Shown piece by piece: positions 11,801 to 23,800 of a stretch of DNA of 64,000 nucleotides. The position numbers and the translations under genes were made by a program. Position 1 is the first letter of the stretch. Every line of letters begins with the position of its first letter. The DNA is from Dimorphilus gyrociliatus. Its lineage: Eukaryota > Animalia > Annelida. The DNA is taken from assembly GCA_904063045.1 (NCBI GenBank), contig CAJFCJ010000023.1:248001-312000 (forward strand), read 5' to 3'. The notes below the pieces were generated by a model, which was given only the letters and a program-made list of their open reading frames with translations, made no database searches and was not told the DNA's origin.

Positions 11801-14800
11801 TCTCTTATAACCCGACCTACAACCTCAGGCAAAACAATCTTCTTTTTGATACAGACCACGGATGCCCTCTTTCATAAGTCTGTATATTTTACCCTTCTTC
11901 CGAAAGTAATTAAGGGCTAATTTTTTATCGCTTACAAAAGAGTAATCTATCAATCTTATCTTACTGCTATCAGATTAAAAAGAAGTTAACAAACCATGCT
12001 GATGAAGTGGCACTATGAGCGATAAACTCATTCTTTTCGGTATGAATTCCAACGCATCGGAAGGTCCTTTTTCCGTCGCCTCCATTTATCAGAACTTCCC
12101 TTATCTCTTTATCAACATTCCAAGTCTCGTAACTATATTGTCCAGTCATATCGAACCATTTCTCCTTTTTAAACCACTGAGGAAATCTACAATTTGGGAT
12201 ACTCCATTTTTCAAAGTTTATTTCCATTTTGCTATATAATTCTATAGGTGCCATAGTAGGTTCATTACCGCACAAGTCCGATTGGTAATGTTGTCTAAAA
12301 ACCTTCAATTCCTTTTTCTTCGCGTCAAAGTGCTATGTTTTTGTAATAGAAAAAAGGAATAATTAATAAATATATACAATATATACACAATATGATTAAA
12401 AAACAATATGATTATTGAGACTATTATAAAAACTACTCGTTTATCTTTCTCTCTTTTCTGTTCATCTATTTGCAGTGGATATATACAGTATATAAACTTA
12501 TTAATAATTCCTTAATAATCTCTCCATCGTATTTTATAGAGTGTAAACTTACAAAGCACTTGTATTCAACGCGCTCTCCCTGCTCTTCGCCAAACACTCC
12601 GATAATCTTTTGAGATCCAGCTTTTCTCCACCAACCTTTACATTCCAGCTTGTAGGATTTACGATCTGAATATAAATCGACAGAAAAATATGAGCGGTTA
12701 TAAATATAATATACACTTTTATATTTGTTTATTTATTCAATACAACAATAGATATGGATAAAGGAAGCTAACCGTGTTTGCAGTCGTTCTTTACTAATAA
12801 TTGCATACCACTAGAACATTGATGAATCTTTGAAAGAGAGCATACATCTCTCTCTTTATAAATTTCCAATAGGTAATTTTCACTGAATGGACAAAGAGTT
12901 TGAGCAGTTCTCTCCGGTTTCGTATCGGCTATTTTGATAAGAGAATGTTATTAATTCCTTATAGAGGATTTTAGTGAGAGAGAATAGTTTCTCTAACGTT
13001 TACATATACATTTATATTAATGAACAAGGAGAGCGGAAAGAAGATACTGGAATTGACTGGTTTCCTTTTTTCGTTTGCTCGTCCAGTCGTGTAAATCATG
13101 TAAATGAGCAATATACAGAATATTCCATGATACTAGCTTGTATTCAGTATAATAGAACTCAAAGTCTTAAGTTGGAATAGAGAAGATTTATGAAGCGAAT
13201 AATACATCGAAAACCTTTAAACACATTTTAGCTAATCGAACAATCTCTTAATAGACGGCATTAATGTTATTATAAGCAATAAAGGAGACGCCGTTGACGA
13301 TGGCAATAATAAATAGACTTGGATTTTCTCATAAATTTCTTATTGAGAATCCTTGAAAGGAATATTTTAAGGGAAAAATTAAAGAAAAATGTTTTGACTA
13401 GGCCAAAAGTTTACCCTTTTCCTATATTGTCTGGGAAAATAGACTTAACAGTTTCGAGTATTCAATTATAACAACATAATCTTCTTGATAGTAGAAAAGG
13501 TATCAATAGTACTTCTTGCCTCAGAGTTTTCACCAATGGATTCATTTCTATTCCATTATTCTCCTATACTTTATATGTTTATATAGTATTATTCTATTTT
13601 AACTAACTAAACTAATGGTTCTTAAGCTATTGAACGGCTTACATTTCTCTGTCAATAAATGTTTTCTTTCAGTGTAATTGTGTCGAAATCTTTTATTCAA
13701 GTGGACTGAACAGTATAAAGTTACCCAATAACCGAATATGTGAGAATAAATATGTATTCTATATAAAATTTTATACTCTTCTCTGGAATTCTTTTGTCAT
13801 TTAAGAAGAAAACAGTAGCCAATATTTCTTGGCATGAAAGTGAAATAAAGGAAACTGCCGTCGTGGCACTCCTGACCTTATCTTGACCTTTTCAGCGCAT
13901 TAAACGCAAAGCTATATGGTTGGAATTAGGCGGCTGGCGGCGTATGTATAAGCGAATAAATGAGATAATGCGTTCCTTAACTGGCTTTTACTCCCCATAT
14001 ACGCCATTATTAATGCTTGTTTTTTTATTGAGAGCAGAGACAAACACTTTATACAATGTATATGAAGAACGAATAGTACATTCCACTTTACCTAAAACTA
14101 AGATATTAATCCAATTTAGACGATTCAGAGGAAATACCCCCCTCTCATGTCTGTCTATCTGTCTCTCTGCCCCTCTGTCTCTTATTCGCTCTATGTGTCT
14201 CTGTCACCCCTCTGTATCCCTCCCTCCCATCACTTCCATTTTCTATACCTTGTATAGAATGTACATTTATAGTAACAGCTCACAAAAGTATATTGTCTTG
14301 TTATTATAAAAACTTCCTCCCCTCTTTATTAATAAATACCTTAGGCTGTAAACTTAAAGCTAAAGACTTGACAGTAACCAGTCTTCTTTCCGTTCATTCT
14401 CCCCTTAGCCCTTATCCCTTAGGGGAATTTACAACAAGTATTACACAACTTACTTCGTACTGCCATCATTATTTGTTCAAGCTGAAAATCCTTATTCAGA
14501 TATGTCCCAGGAGAAACATCTACATCGTTATACAACAGGCTTTCCCGATAGAAGAATACGTTTGTGTGAACTTCTAAAATGTACTTCATTTGAACAGCAG
14601 GATTTCCTTCATAGCTACAGAAAACAAAAAATATCTAATTTAAATATTTGAATAAATTAAAGCAATAGATAGCGGGAGGATAGAGAGAAGAAACGGAGAG
14701 AAAGAAGAAGACTCAAGCAATTAGTTTTTGAGAAGGGAATTTGTTCATGTTGGAATTGGGGAAATTTGAACACGGATATTTTAATTTGATCGTGTAGCCA

Positions 14801-17800
14801 GTCTATATTTCGAGTAGTTGTGATCCTTCATTGTCTACTTCTTATTTGTTCTATATAGGATATAGTTTGTCAGAAGGTAATATAATATATTCTTTTTATT
14901 CCTATACAACTGCCGTTCTCTAATAGAAAATTAGCTGTCGACTACCAGGTTAAACTTTGAACTTATATATTAAACATGCATTTGCATAAAATAACGTTTA
15001 TGTAAACTGCAAATGCAATTCCACTTATTTTCAAGCGTAAAGTACCCAATTAGCAACCGCAATAACACCGCATCACCATTAGTGTCTTTGTATGCCAGCA
15101 GGTTTGTCATGCAAGCTACCAATCACTGACTCATCTATCTTCTGTCTTTTTCGTACTTGTCTAGCGTCATCGCGAAAACTGGACTGTTTCTCTTTAAATT
15201 CAATTATGAAATATTTGTAAACGGCAGCGCAATCGCGCGAAAATTTGCCAACAATGGCTTTCCTTTTTTTTTCAGTTTCCTGCACTATTATTATCCATAG
15301 ATTGTGGCTGACTGCAGTGACAGGTGCATTGAGTTGGTATTAATTGAAGGAAAATAAAAAATTCTTTGTTGTATGATATTGTTAGGGGAAAGGAGAAAAA
15401 CTTTATTTATGATATTATTCCGCAAGTCTCCCGTATCATATTAGTTTGTCGTCAAACATTAAAGAGTACTTGGAGGATGAAAAGTGATAAACTTAATAAA
15501 TTCACGAGGACAAAGAGTAGACCATATAAGCATAATAAGAGGAAACTGTTAGTATATGTATACTATTTAAATAGAATCAGACTTAATCTATTGGAAAAAA
15601 AAAACCCCAACACAAATTAAATTTTGTCAAGCGAATGAAAGTGAAATGAGCCAATTGCGGTCGGCCGTTAACGGCCATTCGATTTCAGGAGTTTTTTTTT
15701 ATTCCATTTATGTAGAAGAAAAGGCATCGTTAAAAGACTTTTATATACTTACTCTTTCGTTTTTATGAAGAAAATACTTTTAAATCCTCTCGGGTCTTGA
15801 GATAAGCATTGTTGTTTGTCAGACCAAAACGTCTGGTTTAAGTTAATATATTCTCCCTTTTGGACGTCGTACCAACTACCTCGTATGTTTTGAGGTAATG
15901 AACATTCCCGAGGCGTAAAAGATAAAGGTAATTCTGGAAGAAAATAGAAAGAAAATTGAATAAATATAGGAAACAAGTAGGTAAAGAATTAAATAATGAC
16001 AAATATTCGCATCTAACGACAGTATCAGAAATGAAACACCGCCTTATCTACCGACTCTAATGTCAACATGAGAAATTGGGTTTCCTTGACATGTAATTGG
16101 TTATTTTTTTTTTACTTTGATGATAAATTTTAAGATTAATCAACAAGAGGGCAGAATAAACTCTACACCAACTTGAAACTATTAAAGAATAGTAAAACTT
16201 CTTTACAAAAGTATACACATATTCATATACATATATAAATAATTGACATATATATAGCAGCAAAAATCGGTGCTGCACTTGATACGGTTTTTTTGGTATA
16301 TTTGTATAGAAAAATTACAGTTTTGTGTATTTAGCATATTCTATATAATTCTATATATATACTAATATATATGAAGTTATTATATTAATATAATTATTCT
16401 CATTTTAATATTTATATGCAGAGTTTGATACTAAAATAGACATATAAGCGGTAAATATCGCATTGAGAAGCTATATAAGTTTTCTGTTGTACCTAGAGGC
16501 AAAGAGCTATTTTTTATGTCTTAGGAGAAATATTTACCTATACCGCTTTAAATATCTTCATCTTTAAGCTATTTACCATTCGATATTTTCTAAAGATTAC
16601 AACTACGTTAACGCCTTATTTTTGTAAGTCAGACCACAGCTAAGAAATAATGCGTGCTCATTCCTGTTTTATTTTCCACCTCTTTTCATACTGTACCTTT
16701 CCGATTTTCTCGTCTTTCTGTCTTTCTTTCTTTCTTTCTTTCCCTCTCTGTCTCTCTATCTATCTATCACTCAGCCTCTCTCTCTCGTCTTATTTTATAG
16801 CCGCCAACATATTAAGTGAATATAGTATATATCAATACTACACTGCATATACTATGTTTACTCGACTTTACTACTAAACTTACAAGCCGGCAGCTGTTTG
16901 TATTGCAGCTGCAAATGATATTAAATTAACTGCCGTCATTCATTGTAACCGATTCCATTTTCTGATTATGTTCTATAAGCAGTTCCTTTGTTTAGCTGTA
17001 TGGAGCATTAACATGTACGTGTGCTTGTATGGATACAGAAATTTATATACAAAAGCGTGAAAAATAAAAATAATCAATGAGTCATACACATGCTATTCAA
17101 TTTGATTATATTTTATCAAGATCATTAATGAATCATTTCAATCATTTCTGCTTTGTTTGCGATTCCTTTTATTTTCCCCTTTAATGATTAATTTAAGTTT
17201 ATTAGAGAACTAAGTAAGAAAGATATTTAAAAGAAAGGTTTCAGTGATTGATTTAATCGCAAAATGTCCTTTCGATTTGGTAGATAAGTGCGAAAAAGCG
17301 AATTGAGAGAAACGTAGATGAGGAGATAAGAACTTTGGATGAGTCTTCGAATCGTGACCCATTACAGATAAGAAACATTCTTCCCCTTTATGTTCTATAC
17401 GAAACATTAAAAGATTGTCAACTTTTTCTAATAAATAAAGGAAAGAGAACTAGCTACTATCCTCTCTGTCTATCTCCCTCTCTCTCCCTCTTTTGCTCTT
17501 TCTCTCACTCTTGTACTTTTTGATATTACATTTAGAAAGTTAATTTTGAACGTGGTTATACTACTAGGCCGTAAAGAAAGAAAAGACAAGAATGACCTAT
17601 ATTTCACATGCAAGATTATAAATCGAGTTATTTCCTAGGCGGTAATTGAATAAAAGCAGATTTTTCAACGAAAAACAAATTTTCTGTTCTAATATCAACC
17701 GAAACTTAACATTTCCGCAATAGATATATCTCTTTCATTCCCTCCCCCTATTCTTTTCAATACGTAATATATTGTACTGTCTAAATATATATAGTATATA

Positions 17801-20800
17801 CTTTTTCAAGGGGGAATCTTCTAATTAAAATAATTGATTGAACTATACTAATGGTACTGTATTGAAATAAAAGATTGCCGACCGCTGTGCACGTTAAAAC
17901 AAAGGAAATAGGGAACTTCAAAGATACTTCATATATAGGCAATTCTCAGTGCTTTTTCCCCTCTTCAAGGGAAAATATAACATATTTACACAGAAAAACG
18001 CCTTTTTCTACGTATAATGCAGAAATCTTGTATATTAATTCAGCGTATAGTTAATAATTCTTATGTAAAAATCGTTAAAATCCATAAAAATCATATTGAA
18101 TAGGTCTAATTTTTAAAGGTGACAAAGAAAGTCGTTGTTGCAAAAGAGATATTCATAAGCAAATTTCTTCTTTATATCTTCAACTAATGAATGTATAACG
18201 ACTAAATTCATTGCTCCGTAAAGTAGATTACGCAAGAGCGAACAAAGAACCACACTTAAAAAGCTATTGAACATCAAAGGGCACCGTCCGTCAGCCATCA
18301 AAGGACAACGATTTTCTGCAAAACGCGTCGAATTCTCCCACATTTATTGATAATCGAATACAATTCTGCACTTTATATATCGACAGATAACGACCCCCAG
18401 CTTCATCAAACTCAACAAATTCCAGTCACGTTGAGCTTATACTGACTCGTTCGTCTTTATTAATAGAAAATTGTATCTTGCCGATCCTAATCTATAGCCT
18501 AAAGCTATTTGAGATTTATTCTCAGTAATATTTATTAATACGAATAAGCTTGACAGAGACAGATTTCGACCTCAATAAGATAATTAGAAGGAAATGAATT
18601 AGTTAATTCACACAACTGTTTTTTATTTATTTCTCTCTTTTGCTGTCATTTAAGATGAATAGCAAAACTGCTCTGATATATCGAATACTGTGTATTGTTG
18701 TATTTATATAGATATACACTGTATAAAGTATATATATATATATATAGAAAGTATATTCTTGTATATATCTATTATATTCATATAATCTGTAGTACAAGTT
18801 TAATTTGGTTAGCTCCTCTTCTTTTCTATATCGTTGTTGTGTACGTATGAAAGAGTAATCACGGACCACTTGATTTTTAAATAGGCGAAAAAATATCAAT
18901 TAAATACTGCATACGTATGTTAAGCATTATATTAATAAAATAACTGGGCTTGTATATAGTCTTTTATAGTAAATGACCCAAAAATCAATTAATAATTATG
19001 TTCCATATACCTGAAAAAAGTTTACATCCTTGTATTTATTTATTTTTTTCTCTCACTCAACCTTTCTTTCTTTCTATTTGTTCGTTCGTTTTTTCTCTCT
19101 ATCTATTTATCTACCTATCTATCTCTCTAATTAAATAAAGTTTTTATTTTTGTAAGTAAAAGAAAATAAAAGTTATCTGTTTTTTATTTATTTATATTAA
19201 GATTTATGTGTTTTTATACTAAGTAGTTATAAATATAAACAGCTATACAGTATATATACATATATGTATATTATAGAATGAATAACATATTCATTCTCCA
19301 ATTTAGGCTAAAAATAGATGCACCCAAATAAAAAAAAGAAAACGCTACAGGTGTCTTTTAATTCACAAAAAAAAGAAAATTCATTCAACCAGACGTTAAA
19401 GTCTTATAACGACAGACTCGCGTGTTGTAAATAAATTGATCCACTCGAGTTTATCTCTGATTATAAATAACTTAATTGAGTATTTTTTTGTTATTATTAT
19501 TTGAACAGTACGATGAAGATTTTCTGGGAACGACAATATAAAGTGTATAAATTTATATATATATATATATTTGATATATACACTTAATAACAACGTTTTA
19601 GCTAGGGAAAAACAATATTTATTGGAAAAAATCGATTATATAGTCGGATAATTTGATTATTAGTTATACTACAAGTTGCCTTTTGAATGAGGTACCCTCA
19701 TAACGGTCTAGTATGACATTTAAAATTGTATCATTCATTATTTTGACAGAAAATGTGTATAAACATCTGTATATTAACGCGACGCTTCATCAATTTTAGA
19801 AAATGCGTCTATAGGTATCCATCAAAGCGTCGATGATTGATCGATCTCAATGTTAAAAGTTTAAATCGAACTGACACACGAATGCCAATAGCTTCGTGAA
19901 TAATTTAAAAACATGTATAAATTTGATCTTCCGTTAATTGTTGCGTACTGCAATGACTGTAACGGACTGTAAATGGTTGAAAAAGTAATGAGAATTTTTT
20001 TCTACTCTACAGCTTTTAGTGCACTATTTGCATTGAAAATCACAGTATCCGTTTAAACATTATTTTAAATAGCAATAGTTTTTATAGTAAAATAAAAGAG
20101 AGAAAAAGAGACATCAGGTTTACAAAATGAGCGAGAATTACACATCATTTTTCATTAAAAATCTAAAGAATTATCATGATGATGACTGTTTAATCAAGTT
20201 CAGTCAAATATCAATATCGAATTTAGCTATACAGCAAACAATACAAAAACTAAAATAGAAAAATTTATTATCTCCTTAGTTAGTGTACTCATAATAATAA
20301 TCTCCGGTTTCTTCCCATTACGTAATGAGGATTTCTCGGGTACAATGACTTTAGAAAATTATTACCCTAAGGCTGCTAAAAGTATATTTTTTTATTACAT
20401 TCTCCGATCTTTACACGCTCTCCGTCTCAATTCTATCACGTTCATCTATATGTGGATATATGTGTAAATAGGTATATACTGTATATACTTGCTTTTCTCT
20501 TCTCTCTTTCTAAAACGGCTTTTAGATGGCTTTTCAAAAGGAGATAAATTTCTTAAAAAACGTTCAATATAGATAGCTTTTTAATAGTTTCTAATCGTCT
20601 TTTTGGGGACAATGAATTAGTTTAATTATTACCTTTCTCTTTGTCTATGACACTTTTATTATACTACATAATCATTCAAAAACTCTAAAGGATTCCCATT
20701 CATGAACGTTTTTCTTTCCTTTTTTTCCAATTGAACTATTGAAAAGGTCTTTTTATGATTTTTTTTTATGTAAAAAGAATCCACTTAAAAGCATACTCCT

Positions 20801-23800
20801 CCATTGAATTACAACTAATTTTATGAAAGTTGATGGGGGAGGCTAAAAATTCCCTACCCTTAACGGCAAACGACGTGACAGACATAAAGGGAAGAATAGA
20901 ATTATTGCGTAATCGGAATGATGTAATGAGAAAAATCGATGAAAATCGTCAATTTTTAATTAAATGGTTTGAAAGTCGGCAAATCACGTTCGAGAATGTC
21001 CTTGAATAAAGTTCATTAGGCTATTCTTTTGTAGTATTTGGTCATTTACTCGAATGATTGCCCAAAAATCGAATTAATTGCTTAGCAACTTTTTTGTTCA
21101 GTTTTTAAATAAAATAAAAGAAAAATCGTTTTTTTGATCATCTCCCGCTTGACCTGTAAGAAATCTTAAAATCGGCTTTCAAGCGTCTAATCAAATGGTT
21201 GGATTAGTTTCCGTCAAATGAGCATAAAAGTATCTCGAACTGCAGTTTGACCTACATAACATTGTTGTTGGAGTCAACTGAAATCCTATACTCTCACTGG
21301 GACGAGAACAGATGGAGCATATACTCTAAATTTTTCTATTGTTTATTCAATTTCACTCGACTGGAAGATTTAATCCAGGAAACGCCCCGACTGGGACGTC
21401 TAAACGAAATTTCTCGTTTGGCCGTCACTTTTTTAGCAGCTTTTTGTGATTAGACGGAAAAAGCACTGCAGAAATTTAGCATGAATTATAAAGAAAGCTT
21501 TACGTTGCGGCTATAAAAGGCCATTAGTTCTAGCTTTCCCTATTGTATTTTGTAGTTGTATATATGGTTGTTTTTCACTTTAAGTATATGTATATATATA
21601 TATATGTACACTGTATATATATATATATATATATATAAATCTATATGACGCGTATATATTTCAATATAGATATATATCATAGATTAAATAACATAAGAAG
21701 CTTAATCTCCATTGTATTATTATGTATTTCATTATAACAGTGGATTATCACCTTTTGTAGTTTGTGTTGTTAAAGGAACCACCACACCAAAGGAGAGAGG
21801 GACAATAGTCTGACGATTATTCAAGTTGAATAGATTAGGAAAAGAAATAGAGGGGAAAAGGTTAGGGGAAGAGGAGGGGGCAGAAGGTGGGAGGAGGAAT
21901 GAGGGAAGGATGTATTCAATATTTCGGTAGATTGAATCCATTAGTGAGTTGTTGAGTAAAGCTCTAGATTATATTGCTCGTGGGCGTTCTTTCGGCTAGC
22001 TCATTAACTATTTGAAAGGGAATTAGCGACCGTCATATCTGTATTCACGCCTGATAAATTTAATTTAATTAAAATCATTACACAGGTGTAAAGTTTCCCA
22101 TCTTGAATCAGAACAGGATTTTGAATATTTAATAGAGCAGGGATCTGAAATAAATCTGGATACTCAGATGTCCTTTGGGAAGAAACGTTAACTCGAGTTA
22201 AAAGAGAGAATATAACAGCTAAACTCGTCTCAAATTAATTCGTATCACGTATATCACCAGCTCATTACGTGTCCACTATAACATATACAATTATACGCGT
22301 ATACGGACATACGTACTAGAAACGCACCGCCTTTGATCCAGAGAAACATCCATGCAGTTGTTACTAATCGATACGCCATGGCATTGCTGTATTTACAGGA
22401 TTGTTGTACAAACGATTACGTAAAGTAAAGAAAAATGGATGGGTTCTGAGAAAATTCAATAGTTTTCCTCAACTCTTCTAGAGATAAACTCTAATTTTTT
22501 CCTTCATCTTTACCGACTATTTATATTCACAATATATGTTTATATAAATATTTACATATTTCTTTCTCTTTCTTTTCTTTTCTTTTTTAATCTCAACATC
22601 TTTTAGTCACGAAAGACGTTCTAGGCATATATTTTCCATTATTTGAAATGGGGAAACTTTCGATTTCTCATTCTAATTACTCGACACGAAACTATTACAT
22701 AATTCGTTCTGTTTGTTATGTAACTAGTGGTTGGACGTTTGATCTGAAGTAGATCACTCGAATAGTTTTACGGGTGTCGGAATGAATTAAAACACCAGCC
22801 GATGCAATTCAAACAATTCAATAATACTTTCTAAGGGCTTAAATAGTTCCTCTTGTCCAATTATTCGTTTCTAAATACCCTTGTTGATATATTATATATC
22901 GAAAACTCGAATGTTCTTTAATAGTACAGTTTTAACCCCTATCCTTCAATAAAATTGGTAAAATTGGTGGTTTTATAATCAGCCATAAAGCATTCAAGTT
23001 GCCGTTATAATTGCTAAACTGTCCATAAATATTTCTTTAGTTGAGCATGCATGTCCAGTTGTAGGGAATTACTAAACCCGCCATGTGTTTTTCCTTTGTT
23101 GTGTTATAAGGTACTTTAAATGTTTAGAATAGGCGATTGTAATGCCCCGTGGCACCTAGTTGTAACATCGGGCAAGAAAATCCCTTAATGTTTAAATAGA
23201 AATTTGATATGTAAATTTAACCAAATCGGTATGTCTAAAAGTCATTCGAGATTGGCTTGTAAACTCTTAAGTAAAGTTGTTTAGCGATAAGTAGATTGGT
23301 CTCGGTTCGTATTTTTATTATTTTGTGTAAATGGTATTAATTTCAATTGAAATTTTCTTATCATCAATATTTAAATAGCTAGTAGCATCTTAACGGTAAC
23401 GCTAATTAGTCCATTAGGAAAACTTGTCTCTACTTGTATATAAATTATTCCAAGCTAATTACTGTTTATAGTACTCAAAGAAAGTCTTTTAGATGATTCG
23501 TTATAATAAAAAAAGTGAATGAGAACAAATCCATCAGAGCTTCTTTGTGCCCGAAAAAGATTTCCCAGTCGCACTATCGTACGCTTCAGTTCTTCTTACA
23601 CAATTATCACGCTTTAACTGGTCATTATCTCTGCGAAGTTTTACAACCTAACAACAATCTCGTGTTAAAATCCCCCCACAATCAACAAAAAACAAGGACA
23701 AGGTAAAACCGCCCCTGCCTCCAGGGAGTTACGGGCAACTTGACAGCTGGCAAGTTAGCTAATTTCCTTTTAAGAGAATCGTTAGAATGCGAAAGTTTAG

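Noticed and set aside
12636-12647. 12-nt match to the 5' end of miR-1 (TGGAATGTAAAG on the minus strand)
   Set aside because: Lies inside a coding exon (LECKG); no hairpin, and the 3' half does not match.
16884-16908. Minus-strand 25-nt micro-exon, or alternative signal-like exon MTAVNLISFAAAIQTAAG with a GTAAGT donor
   Set aside because: Its phase is incompatible with the phase-1 acceptor at 15934 (creates a stop or frameshift); it could only be non-coding.
23140-23161. TAATGCCCC, a miR-365/193-like 5' end
   Set aside because: Flanks do not form a continuous pre-miRNA stem and the 3' part diverges.
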